Shown here piece by piece: positions 26,222 to 38,969 of a stretch of 64,000 bases of DNA (positions are counted from its first letter, which is position 1; each line of letters starts with the position of its first letter). The notes below the pieces were generated by a model, which was given only the letters and a program-made list of their open reading frames with translations, was not told where the DNA came from and did not search any database. Source of the stretch: Phoronis australis (taxonomy: Eukaryota > Animalia > Phoronida); NCBI GenBank assembly GCA_002633005.1, contig NMRA01000837.1:62001-126000 (forward strand), in the 5' to 3' direction. Both the position numbers and the translations under genes were made by a program.

Positions 26222-27517
26222 ATAGACCGAGTGCACGCGTAACTGCAGCTGACAACTTGACGCCATATTGGAGAGTGTTACAAGACATGTGACACGGCTA
26301 ATTGCCGTGTAAACAAACGGGGTAAATTGTCTTTTTCAAATCGCGATATCTAATAAATAAAGAGGCAGAAGACTGTGATTTTTCCATAAACAAACAAAAA
26401 CATGTGATGTAGCACTTACATGCATTTTTTAAGAGTAAATCATTCGATAGGGAAAATATTAAACTATTAGAAGATCGCAACCGCTGGCAGATTCTCGAGT
26501 GGCCTGAGCGGCTGCCCGCCTATCAATCCACTGCAAGCATATTATTTTTCGTTTTTTTTTCAAGAGAAACCACTAAGATCATGCAAATTTATCATTTAAT
26601 TCGTGTCGCTCGATGCAAATACATTATATCCAGGAGACGTGCCGCTCACTCGGGACTTACTATCGTGGTGCTCCAATAAGCCTTTTCACTGTGTGTTAAA
26701 CAATGACCCCGGATAACTTCATAAAATTAAAATATGACCCGGGTCTCTTTTAATGGGGTCAAAATTTAATATGAACTACTGTAAAAAATGACCTCATTGG
26801 GGTCATATAAATAAATGACAGGTTTTTAAAGTTCATTAGGGTGCTCTGCCTTTCAGTACAGTGGTTGCGAGCGTGTGATAACATCTAGCTCCTTTGTTAA
26901 CTAATGAGCATAGTCAACATGCAGATAAATTATCTACCAGGCTTATAACCGACCACATGTGAACACAGTCAAACCCAGTACGTTGGTACGTTCGGACAGA
27001 ATAGATTGTCTTAACTTCGATTGTAGTTGGGCGATTTTGGTGATTCAAAAATTATAAGCTTGATCAGTATTTGATGGGCAATTCAGAAATGTCATTGGTT
27101 TATGTTCAAACAACTTATAACTTAACTTATTTTTAACAGCACAGCCCAGATTAGAGCAACTATCGAACAAAAGAGAGCTGACTCTCCAACTCTAATTGCC
27201 AGAATGGACTTAATTAGTCGTCTGTGTAAAATATTGGCTGTGTACAGCGGTCATCCACCCAAATTGTGCTATGCACCCTGACAAGTTAGACTAAACGGGA
27301 CAACTCTGTAATGTAAAAAGCAAAGACCACAGACGCAATTCCTCCAAAAAACTTAACTCTTTGGCTGCAGGCATAAAACTGCGAGCCCCCGGATTTTCTG
27401 ATTGATGCCATAGGGCTCCCACCAATGTTTTCTGCCATTTTTGTCCCATGTAACAATCTCCAATATGGCGTCATATTGACAACACGAGCTGCAAGTATCT
27501 GCGTATGCCTAGTCTAT
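26222..27517. mobile_element. Inverted-repeat element (MITE-like) upstream of DCAF6
   Basis: ATAGAC...ACGC...GCAGCT...TGACGCCATATTGGAGAGTGTTACA (26222-26282) mirrors TGTAACAATCTCCAATATGGCGTCA...AGCTGC...GCGT...GTCTAT (27449-27517). Confidence 0.55.
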
Positions 27518-29820
27518 GTGATGTCTATGGTATTGTGGTTGAAAATCAGCAATACACAACAGCTCTTCAGACACTGGAACTTTGCAGTTGGTTTAACCAA
27601 TTTCACTGCGTTCTCCTAGCATCAATCTATGAGACTAACTCATTCACTTCAATGGAATACAGACACATGACCAAGGTTCAACAGAAGCATCGAGATTTTA
27701 ATTTCCAACTCTATTAATCTGTAACTTAATTTTAATTAAAGAATTACAAGTAGTTTTATACCTAATGTATTCAACTTAAAAATATGAAAATAAACAATGT
27801 CTTCACTTTTATTTCAACTGAAACCAGCACATTATTTTGAACTTTTCCATTTCCATCAAGATCATGTAACTACTACTAGGTCACTGGAAAAGCTTGCGAA
27901 AGTTTGTCAAAGAATGGAGCTCTTAGCGATCACATTAAGTTCTTAACTTTTCTTTATTAGCAGGTAAGACATGAATGTTGATGACAAAACACTATATTCA
28001 ATTAATCTGCGATAAATTCCTCAATTATTCAAAAAAGTCAAGTGGAGTGACCCACTTTCGGCATAATTCGAATTGGACATGATGATTGTATATGTCAATT
28101 ATAACTCACTGTATGTAAAAGTATGTTTTATTTGCGGCCTACGTGCCTGCCAGCCAGTTAGCCAAACAGCATCATCATGCTCTGCCACCTGTTGACAGCA
28201 AAGCTGTTGCATGAGTGAGTGTCACTATTCACTAGTAGTGGCACCTGGTGTTGTACGCGTTTTATTTCTGGCAAGTAGCTCTGACTAGGTGGCACTGAAC
28301 AGTTAGGCTGCGACTGCAGCCGTGGCCAATTTGCAGTCCCAAAATATTAAAATCTGGGGGTAGGTCAGGCTTGGGGGCATTTTTAGGTAGGTACTGCATG
28401 TCAGCCACGTGAATGTGGTTTGTTTGTATTTGTGAACATATTGAGAATGAAAAAAGACGGCTTGCTCGGCTGCAGCAGCACTCCTCTTCAAGATGACGGC
28501 CCCCTGTTGCAATTGTGCATTGCTGGATAGTGACTGAGAATTAAATTGGCCACAATTTCAGGTAGACCTCAAACAAGCCAGATTTTCAAAAAAACTAGTA
28601 GGTTGACAGTACTTTTGGACCACAATTTTGGAATAGGTAGGAAAATTGCTTTCAGAATCTAATGTTGGCTTTAGTTGAGCATCGGCAGGCAAGTGGTGTT
28701 TTGGGATGAAAAGTGCCGATTTTGCGTTTTTTACCCCTTTTTTCTTAGTCTAGCTTGTTTTCAGTAGGAGTGAAAGGATCAAAAATACGAGAGAATAAAG
28801 TTTCTGTGCTCATCTGTATCCAGTGTAGGGCTTCTGATGTGAAATGATCTGACACTTTTCGTTCCAGTGACATGTGTTCATTTGTGAGTTCGCTGTTATC
28901 GCTACTACTAGCGCCGCCAAGTGGTGAATAAGCAACGGTCAAGTAGGAAGCGCGAGAACAATGGGGCAGGGCGCATTTTGCAGTGCGATACATTGCACTA
29001 ATTCATCCACGAAAAACCCCAGATGTATTTGTTACGTTTCCTAAGGATCCAGAAATGTAAGGATTATTTGTTATTCAATAAATTGATACATTGTTTTTTA
29101 TTTTGTGCGTTCTATTCATCATTGGAAGACAAGTCCATGCAGTCCCGGTGCTGCTGTTGTCTGCAGTGTAGGCTACTGCACAGGCTACGCTCTGCCTTCT
29201 GCACATACTTTGTTGTCAATATACGTCTACTACTGTGTAAGGGAGCATCAGAATGGAATTGTGGTAGTGACGAATCGTTTTGCTTTCTTCTTCTTACTTA
29301 TGTTACACCTCAGTACTGCATAAACCAATTTTCTGCACTGGTAGAAGCTTGGCGTATTCAATACGGAACACATTCAAAATTGTTGTGTGGACATGAAACA
29401 CATACACGCAGTGAGCTTGGGGCCATGCTCAAAACGAGGGCCAAATCTTATCACCACCAAAGCACATGTTGTCAATGGTCAGGGGAACAACCAAAACTTG
29501 TGATGATGGGAGGGGCTGAACACGCATGTGGCATACCAAACTGGTTACCTATTTAGCACTACTCCCATGCATCCCCTGGGAAGAGGTCAACATGTGCGCA
29601 TTTGGCGCCCACCTGGTTTGCACTCCTCCCTTGTACCCCTTTGCTGGCGCCTGGGGGAACTCCTCCCTGAACCCCCCAGGAGCAATCACTAAAATTATGA
29701 CTAATGAGTAATGTAGTCCATGGAGGTATGAAATTTATGAGGAATGGTAATTTGCCTTATTGAGAACTTAAACTTGAAACAAAACCAAGATGGCTTTTGA
29801 AGGGAGATTCAAAAGAATGA

Positions 29821-29965
29821 TGAAGTATTATCTGGCCGGTTAGAGGCGATAATGAAGACACCAGGTTTAGAACAATAGCTTTATATTTGAAGACTAAGTA
29901 CCGAGAGAACTACTTCATTCACAGCAATATATGACTACGCTACATAGTAATACGATACTACAACA
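29821..29965 (-). repeat. 3' LTR
   Basis: Direct repeat of 31265-31409, with TG/CA ends and an adjacent PPT. Confidence 0.95.
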
Positions 29966-31264
29966 TCCCCCCTCTTTAGTAAATGCGGTTATAATACGGT
30001 TAGAACGTAATGATCAATGATGATAACTTGATCTTGTAGCAGGTGCTAAGTAAGTAAGTATGATTACGCATATGATATCTTAGTAAGCTAGTGTCCTAAT
30101 ATTTAAACAAAATCCTTGTAGCGAGATGGTCTTGAAGTCTTTCGCTCAGATCTCCTGATGATGGATTCTGGTTTAGCTACTGCTGGTGTACTGCGAGAGT
30201 CCTCTGATGTGGCAGTAGATGCTGACTGAGTAGGCGTGTCGTCGCTGAAATGAACACGTTTCGGCATCATGTCTCGCAAATGATGTCTATTGCGGCGAAG
30301 CCTAGTGCCATTTGGGGTTTCGACGATATAACTGTCCGGATTCTCATCTTGGAGTACGATGGTACCCGGGCGCCAAGTCTTGGTTTCTTTATCGAGGATT
30401 CTAACATGCTGACCACGAAACAAGCTTGGAAGCGATTGTTTAAAGCATTGTTTGTCATGATGGTCCTTCATGTTTGTAGCTCGTTCATCCAATCTTCTGC
30501 GATGTGCATCCTCACCAGGTTCAGAGCGGCTCGGTAGAGTCGTGACTACTGGTCGGCCAAATAGCAATTCTGCTGGTGATGGAAGTTTTGCGTCAATCGG
30601 AGTGGCTCTGANNNNNNNNNNNNNNNNNNNNNNNNNNNNNNNNNNNNNNNNNNNNNNNNNNNNNNNNNNNNNNNNNNNNNNNNNNNNNNNNNNNNNNNNN
30701 NNNNNNNNNNNNNNNNNNNNNNNNNNNNNNNNNNNNNNNNNNNNNNNNNNNNNNNNNNNNNNNATCGTCGCCGTCCCAGGCCATCTTCGGTATGGAAGCC
30801 GCCATATTTGTTTTGATCCGGGGTCAAATGTCACAGGCACAGAGGTCGCAGACGGTCACTTGCACTGATCTAATTATAGGTCGTCTGGGAATGTGGGAGT
30901 GACAATTTTCAGGCACAGTCTGCGACAGACAATGGCGATTAGGTGTCAGTCCGCGTGACAATGAATTCCGTGCTTCTCCTATCCTCGGACAGGAATAAAA
31001 CGTTGATAGTATAATGATCACTGAACACCGACTGTCCGTTCAGAACAGTCGTTATCTTGCACTTACGAATTTCTGTCTTTTCTGTCTGCTGGTTGACGGA
31101 CAGGTACTATAGGGTTTGCAGACAAGGGCGCGTCGCGGCTTGACGTTGTCCGGCTCCCGGTAGATGCACGAAAATTAGTTTCTGCATATCTCCAAAGTCC
31201 ATTCAGTTGCACAACATCGGTCCTGGCAATCACAGGTATGATTGTGTGTTTACCGCTGCCACCA

Positions 31265-31409
31265 TGAAGTATTATCTGGCCGGTTAGAGGCGATAATGAA
31301 GACACCAGGTTTAGAACAATAGGTTTATATTTGAAGACTAAGTACCGAGAGAACTACTTCATTCACAGCAATATATGACTACGCTATATAGTAACACGAT
31401 ACTACAACA
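31265..31409 (-). repeat. 5' LTR
   Basis: Direct repeat of 29821-29965, followed on the minus strand by the PBS. Confidence 0.95.
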
Positions 31410-32038
31410 AATGAAAGCAAATTAGTATTGGTTATTTGCTTCTTGTGGCGCTAGTTTTTCAATAACCATTGTCACTGTGCCGAATGGTACGAATGGCAAG
31501 ATGGCATAGTCCGAATGGCATAGTGAACTCTCCTATTCAGTTTTATTGGCTATTCTTCGTGAGCTCCCTTGGCCTTGGGCAAACCCATGACTCTGAGAAT
31601 TGTTTCGTGCCCCCCTCCCTCTTACCTTACAAGAAGCTGAGTTGTGCATTGGAAGAGAGTGGTGCCATTTCCAGGAATTCCATCACAAACATCAGATATG
31701 CAAATCTGTTGCCTATGATTATCTATGCTGCCAACTTCCAGCATGACACCGACCACAGTGACACCTTACGAGAAAATCCCTAACTACATGAAGTAACTGA
31801 TTGCAGTATCTTCTAATAAATAACATACCTAAACAGGGTGTTTATATCATCCTGGTGAGCCTAAAACTTGAAAGAAGCGTTGTACATAAATCAGCCAAGC
31901 AACATCATGTCTTCATTTAAACATTCTCATTTGAAACGACGCAATGAGTTTCCAGCAACATGGAACAGTGTTTATTAATTCGTCACCAGATGTCGCGATA
32001 GATTGAAGGTGAAGGTCGTTATTGCGTACACAAAACAA

Positions 32039-34697
32039 ATGTCTGAGCACGCAGCCTGTTTTCCGGAGGAAAAGAAAGATTTTGATTTAGAAATTGTGTT
32101 AGACGCATTCTCCAAATGCTACCATGGTGACGGTGAAGTATTTTTACACGAATACATCCGTGCCTTTCACGAACTTTGCAGGTAAATAACCTTAGTAAAA
32201 TCACGTTGCAATCACGCCATGTCTCGTCTGGACGTCATGGGCACTCAAATGACTCGGTAAACTTTGTCCTTTCTAGATGGTCTTTGGTCCTTTACTCTTC
32301 AACTGCAGTCAAGTTTGACTTAGTGAAGTTTTATTGGCAACATCCAATAAATTGTCTGTTGGCAGTCACGTTTTCTTACAATGCCAAAATTACAAATGTT
32401 TTGATGAGGGGCCTGTTTCAAATATTTGTAAATAAATGACTAGACGAAAAATTAAAGGAGATAACTGCAATTTTAGCTGTCTATTTGTATCCAATGTATT
32501 ATTCACAAATAAATGTTTCCATATAGTTTCGTGTGCGTTACTTTTTCAATCAAAAGGTAAATTAGCATCATATAGCGTTACACACCCGCACTGTGGAATC
32601 ATGTGAAGAATTTCTCGTTTACACTGGTCACCGCTCTAAGTCCCTAAGCCCCAGACAACTGTTATGATCCCTATTCAACACGCCCTTTTTATTGATGTAG
32701 ATCTGAGCTAATGAAGTGGAAAGGTAATAGCTAACACTACTTTTTTAACTATGGTGGTCGTTATTACATCCAAAGTGTTTTTCTCTGGCATTTGCACAGA
32801 GTTAAAGCCTGCAATGTGGAGAGCAGTTATAACTTGGTACATTTTAAATATTACAAAAAGACTAAAAAGTTAATTTACGTTGATCTTGACAAAGGGCCAC
32901 TTCCCAAAGGAACGTTGGTTTTAAATATGTTTCATACCTGTTTTCATTACTTTATTTTAATACTCCTGTCTACTTGTTTTTTCTTACCGGTTAGGGTTGC
33001 TATCTTTATATTTTGTGTTTAACCGAAGCATCAAAACAACTTACAAGTCAGTTAATTGTGAACGGTCATCTCTGAATTTTCCATATTACAGTGACACCAA
33101 ACATGTCACAGCAAACAAAACTCCATGTGCCATTAGTTCATGTTCAATCTTTATTAGAACTCAAATCATAAAATATATACAAATGTGCAAATATGGTGAT
33201 AGCCAAACTGAAGATTTGAAACCTCTGGACAATTTTGGTTGCAGTAACAAGCTCTGACCAGCTTAACCATAGTATGGTATACCAACACAAAAGGCTTGCT
33301 TGACAAGTTTAATCGAGCGCGATTCTAGATTAGATGGTGATTGTGGTAATTTCTTGATTTTTACACTCCAAGATAATGGTACGTAATAGGGCAGCGCTCG
33401 ACACTACGAAAATCGCCAGGTCGCATTTTGCGACCAAACCAGAATCCTAGATTGCATTTTCAGAATCCAGCCCGCATTCATAATTCCAGGTCACAAAATT
33501 TTCCTGACATTTTATGTGCCAAAAGTGATTTTTTAAGTAAAAACGTAGCGTTTTCGAAAGGTCATAACGCTAAACCCTCGTGAGAGACCGCCCCGAGTTG
33601 GCTGCTGGAGCATCTCGGGGCGGTCTGGGATCAAGCGGAAAAACCACAGGGTAAATCTGTGGTCGACGAATCTATTCGGTCGATTACATTTTATTGCCCG
33701 TGAAGCCGCTAAGGGCTGCCTGAAGAAATATGACTCGCGCGTTTGTATTTTCGCCTTTTTCAATGACATGTAAAAGATTCATCAACAAATTCCTCGTAAA
33801 ATTCTGAAAACAAGCGTTTTTCTCCCACTAANATCTCGATTCATTACCCACAACGCGTGACTGCACAAAGCCTTTTCAAATTAGCCGGTGGAGCGTGAGA
33901 CCCCTGAGGTCCCAATCGAGTCCTCACGACAACTTTGCGTTATGAGTAAAGTTTCTTCGTTTAAAAAGTTTTGTAAAATCGGATGGTGGGTTATTTTGCT
34001 ATGACTTTATTTTTCTTGCACATGAAAATTTTAACTTAAAAGATGTGGTCACTTGACAATAATAAAGACATAAAAGTAAGAAGCGTATTTGCAGAATTTA
34101 GTGCAAGTTTCGCTGATTTATGACATCTTTTGTTGATTCAGTGGAAGTCTTGATTTGTTAAATTTCCTTTTCAGGTTTTTCACACTAGTGGGACGCATCT
34201 TTGCTTTTGTGGCTGCAGATTTGTCGGACAAGATATCCATTCTTGAGAAGCACCTCGCTTCTGAGGATGGCCACCATTACAAAACTGTCCAGTCTATGTT
34301 AGACTATGAAATATCAAACGACTTGACAATCGTAAAGGCTGCCTCTGGGCGCCCTCAGTCAGGAGCAAGAACACTGCTGCGACTCCATCGCGCACTAGAG
34401 TTTATTCTACAGTTCATGCAGCGGATGAGCGTGAGTGGGGATGAGGAGAAGTCCTCTCACATCGCTTCAGAGGTTTACGAACAGACCCTCGCAAAACATC
34501 ACTTGTGGATCGTGAGAAAAATGGCTGGCCTCGCCATGTATACACTCCCGTCCAGGCGATACTTGATTGAGCTGATGTGTAAACACGAATTCGAAGAAGT
34601 GGTTGGCTTATTACAACAAGTTGTAGCTTCAGGTCAGCCAGTATACGATGTCATACAGGGTCTTTACGAGTCCAAGGATTTATTGACTTTGCCATAA
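32039..34697 (+). CDS. CPTP: Ceramide-1-phosphate transfer protein (GLTP superfamily), 221 aa; exons 32039-32181 and 34175-34697
   Basis: MSEH...FDLEIVLDAFSKC...EVFLHEYIRAFHELCR|FFTLVGRIFAFVAADLSDKISILE...SGARTLLRLHRALEF...LAKHHLWIVRK...LYESKDLLTLP* matches CPTP/GLTPD1, including the D...K and R...RLHRAL phosphate-binding motifs. Phase-2 GT-AG intron. Confidence 0.93.
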
Positions 34698-35174
34698 AAC
34701 TTTTGAAGTTATTGAAAATTTGAACAGATCTCGCGTCTTATTCAATCATTGACTAGTATGCTCAGCATGCCGAAATCAACAATCAGATGTTTTGCCGAAT
34801 AATGTTTTCTGCCTTACTGAAACCGTGAAATGACTGATGTTGTAAAACATATTATTTTTTATACAAAGAACATTTATTATTATATAATTTCTATTCCATA
34901 ATTTCCACAAAAACATAATATAGGTATATATGTACTCAAATTTGTGTCTTTTACAATGGTGCTTGAATAAAATGATAGGCCATAATTGGGGACAAATAAA
35001 ACAACAAGAATAATATATGTTTTAAGTTGTACTGGGAATTTGAGGGTCACAGCTCTACAAATAAATATTTCCCAGAAGGAACCAAGTGGGTTCCTTAATT
35101 ACAAGAGATAACACACACATTTCCGATACCCAAAGCGTAATTGAGTATCGGATTCTAAGTGGCACAGGTTAGCA

Positions 35175-35320
35175 TAGTACCAGATGGATACATGATACCA
35201 AATGGGTATTGGCCGATTGCCTACCAACTGGCAAATTCAATAACAAGTACCAAGTGGGTACAAACTGCCAAATGGGCAAATAAAGTACCAAGTGGGTACA
35301 CCAAACAGCCAACTGGGCTA
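35175..35320. repeat. Degenerate short tandem repeat of (G)TACCAARTGGG(TA)
   Basis: Repeated TACCAGATGG, TACCAAATGGG, TACCAACTGG, TACCAAGTGGG (twice), TGCCAAATGGG and GCCAACTGGG units. Confidence 0.65.
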
Positions 35321-37269
35321 TAACAACCTGCAAAGCAGGTTCCGGACAAGCTGAGTGAGCAGACCAGCCGGAGTGATAAAAAGATATTGTAAGGAACGTG
35401 GTGTTGTGGCTCAGTTTGTGCTGAGAGCTGTGACCGGGGTGGAGAGAAGCAAGCTGCAGTGATGGATGCTCGAGTACAGGTCGGGTCGCTAGCCAATGGT
35501 ATCGGTTCTTGCCTGAGGGTAACCCGGGCTTGAAGAAGGCACCAGCAGTGACTGTAAAAACAACAATGACCAACAGCAGATTTTGTTCAACAAAAGGGAG
35601 GTAGCGTGGGAAAGGTATAAATCGGTTGACGTGGGATTTTGTGATACCCAGGGTAGGGAGGGTGGGAGAGGTATAAAATTGTCTAATTAAGGAAACGTAC
35701 GAGTGAATGTACCGTTGCTTGAGGCTGGGCCAACAGGAGGCTGGAGAGAAAGAACAAACAGTGCTACCATCGCACTTGGTAGGAACTAACTAGGAGTTGG
35801 ATATGAAGGATGAAGGAATGTATAATAGTATTTTCCTAAATAATAGGATTTATGTCAGAGTGCCATAAATCTCATTATGACACTTTAATTGATCTATGCA
35901 CGACTGCTTCACAAACTTTCAATTGGGTGCTTCATAGTAACCTACATGTCCTTTTAAAGTTATTCCTAGAAAAAATTCTGAGTTTGACCAATTTCCGAAT
36001 ATTGTATCTCATAAATGGCTGATGGGATTAATACGAAACTTTCAGACACAATGCAGTATTCCCCAAAACACTGTTGAGAATTGTTTTCGAAATGCTTCAC
36101 TTTTGCTTGAGGGACTAATAAAAGCTCAATAGTTGTGTAAAACAGAAATGAAACAATATTTTGTACTGACTTTTACAGCACTTTTATCTTGAACACTAAA
36201 TTGCATGAAATTTGGTCATGCGATTGATACAATTTTGCTATGAGTGTACCTTTCTTTTTCGGTTAAATTCTAAAGATAAAAATCAAATTCAACATGTTTT
36301 TTTCAGAAAAAATATTATTTTAAGAGAGCCAGTTTCTATACCTTTCTGGATATCCAGCTTAATGCGCAGACTTGCCGATAAAGTCCCGCTACTTAACCTT
36401 ACTAACATGGCTGTGTTCTATAGACCCAAGACACTCACCAGGTTCACCGTTTCTGTCGCATAGTTCAACATTCTATATTCTCACCAACCAATCACATCAG
36501 TCACTGCCGTTTTGCTTGTGTGTCTGAGCATACTCGCCGAACACTTGCTATTCATCATGAGATTTTGCGGGTAGTGGTACTCACTTATTCAGAATGCTAA
36601 AACACCCACAAAAAGATTTTTATTTATACATTTGACAAATAACTGCAACTTACTTTACTGGCTGATGGTGTGCTGCCGCTAAGTTAACACGAAGACGTGA
36701 GATAGCCAATAAGAACCAAAAGGTGGCGCTTCTGTCCGACCATTTTTCAGTTGAGATAAAAGACAGCACATATTTACAACGAGTAAGAAAGAAGCAGTTT
36801 AAAATATTTTTGTTCTGATTCATATTAGGATTTGTGCTTTTAATTGGCTAAATACCGGATGTATGCATATTGTTAACGGAGAAGTGCGGCAAATTGAAAT
36901 CCTTGACTGGGATCAGAGTCCCCTTTTGCCAACAACGACTTGTTGAATCGGTTTTCTGTTCCTTTGAAAAACTACAACGTATTCAGTGCCGACAGCTACT
37001 TTGAATTATATGATCCCCAGTCCCACCTAAGTTGTACCGTCGGACATAAAATTTGTGTAGCAGAAATGACGACAAAATTACCATTCGAGGATATCAAGTA
37101 AGAACGGATTCTCGGCGTAGTGAAATGCCTTATGAGATTTCGATTTTTTTTACAATTTTGAGAAGAGAGTTAAACCTGGACCCTGGGGTTCTGATGAAGG
37201 GGCGATGGTTGAGGGACGCGGATATGAAATTTGTCCCCCGGGCTTGTGGTTGCTGTTAGTGATATAGTA

Positions 37270-37780
37270 GAGCGTAGGACGTCCCGTGTTGAGGTTATGC
37301 AGGACTGTCGAAAAATAGCCAAATTTGGCAAACTTCGGGATATCATATCTCAGAAATGGCAGATCGGCTTCGTATGAAACTTTCAGATACATGTACCATA
37401 CGTTGTGCACTGTTCTCCGAAACGCGGCTATGCCGAATTGTTTTTAAACTTTACCACTTTTCATGAGGGGCTATCAAAAATAGGACTTATAAGATTTTTA
37501 TGCAGAAACTCAAAAGTTGCATAAAACGAAAACGAAATTATAACTTAAAAAGTGTAACAGCGTTTTTGAAATTTCATCTTGAATATTTATATCTAACGAT
37601 ATTTGGTCGTGTTATTGATACCATAGTTTTGCTGTGGACTTAACTTTCTTTTTGCTAGATATTGATAAAAAGACATGGTTACGCGACTCAATAATAGATT
37701 GGTATGAAGTCGAAAATCAAGTTCTACAGGCTTTCTTCTTTAAGAAACTACAAACCTTTACTGAGTTAAACTCTATGGTT
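37270..37780 (+). repeat. Dispersed repeat family copy (other copies near 3650, 35980 and 55100)
   Basis: Shared core AAATTTGGC.AACTTCGG....CATATCTCAGAA.TGGC.GATCGG....TGAAACTTTCA and collinear downstream blocks with 55100-55630. Confidence 0.75.
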
Positions 37781-38493
37781 TTGTATATATTTGTCTAAAG
37801 GCATAGACAATTCAACTAGGCCCTACATAGCCTTAACTGTAGCACTGATGTCGCTATACGGATAGCGCTACACACTGACATTCCGTTACACAACTTGGAA
37901 TAGAAAGAACCACTGAAAAACAAGGTCTCGGCGACAAAAGAAGCTCATGGAGCATGCTGCCCACCCACGTGCACAGTAACGCTCCTCCTCCGTCTTCTAC
38001 TTGAACCAAAGTAAAAGTAGTTGAAGAAATCAATAATAATCAAAATAAATCTGTGAGTGAAATCAACAATTTCACGCATTGCTTTAAAAATTTGTTCGTA
38101 AACGTATGTAATANTTCTTTAAGAGACTATAAACCTTTACTGAGTTAAACTCTATGGTTTTGTATATATTTGTCTAAAGGCATAGACAATTCAACTAGGC
38201 CCCACATAGCCTTAACTGTAGCACTGATGGCGCTATACGGGTAGCGCTACACACTGACATTCCGTTACACAACTTGGAATAGAAAGAACCACTGAAAAAC
38301 AAGGTCTCGGCGACAAAAGAAGCTCATGGAGCATGCTGCCCACCCACGTGCACAGTACCGCTCCTCCTCCGTCTTCTACTTGAACCAAAGTAAAAGTAGT
38401 TGAAGAAATCAATAATAATCAAAATAAATCTGTGAGTGAAATCAACAATTTCACAATTTGCTTTAAAAATTTGTTCGTAAACGTATGTAATAC
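37736..38493. repeat. About 378-bp direct duplication separated by a single N (likely assembly artefact)
   Basis: 37736-38113 and 38115-38493 are near-identical with a few substitutions; N at 38114. Confidence 0.85.
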
Positions 38494-38969
38494 GACTGAC
38501 TTGATCAATATAGTATTGAAAAACAGAATGAATTTGTGGGGGTATTTTGCGGTATATTGAGATGTTCCGGATCAAGAGATAGTGCTATCGCAGGGTGAAA
38601 ACGATTTCGTGGAAGCCGTAGTTCTAGTCTTTTCGTCTTCTGTTGTGATCATGTAAGAGGGACAACTTTCATTTTTCTTGTGTAGCTAAATAATAAAATT
38701 TGGTCAATCAAGCTAAGATAACAGGTTAATGGGAAATTTAATTTAGTCTTTATTGACTTTGACGGAGAATAAATGTGCTTTGTAACTTATTTTATTTTGT
38801 TTTCTGCTAAGATTAAAAGTAAAAAGGTTCAAAGTGATACGAACGGCGACCGTAAGATCAATCCCAAAGACACCTCAGCGGTCGCAGTTCGACATTTAGC
38901 AGAGCTAAATCCCACATGCAAGAAAACCAGTATTTAAATTGTTTAAGTCATCTGCCTCCATCAACTTAA

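Larger units (their letters stand above)
29821..31409 (-). mobile_element. Young Ty3/gypsy LTR retrotransposon; the internal region is largely hidden in an assembly gap
   Basis: 145-bp TG...CA LTRs at 31265-31409 (5') and 29821-29965 (3') differ at 3 positions. 5-bp TSD AATGA at 29816-29820 and 31410-31414. PBS TGGTGGCAGCGGT (tRNA-Leu type, 31252-31264). Polypurine tract next to the 3' LTR. Gag start MAASIPKMAWDGDD at 30805. Integrase C-terminus RATPIDAKLPSPAELLFGR...SYIVETPNGTRLRRNRHHL...RPSRYKDFV* at 30611-30103. Confidence 0.95.

Noticed and set aside
29023-29556. 177-aa Cys-containing plus-strand ORF
   Set aside because: No domain, coding bias or coherent splice structure is visible. Likely a chance ORF or UTR sequence.
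37736-38493. 378-bp tandem duplication
   Set aside because: The copies are separated by exactly one N and differ at only a few positions, as expected for two allelic contig ends joined without merging. Probably an assembly artefact.
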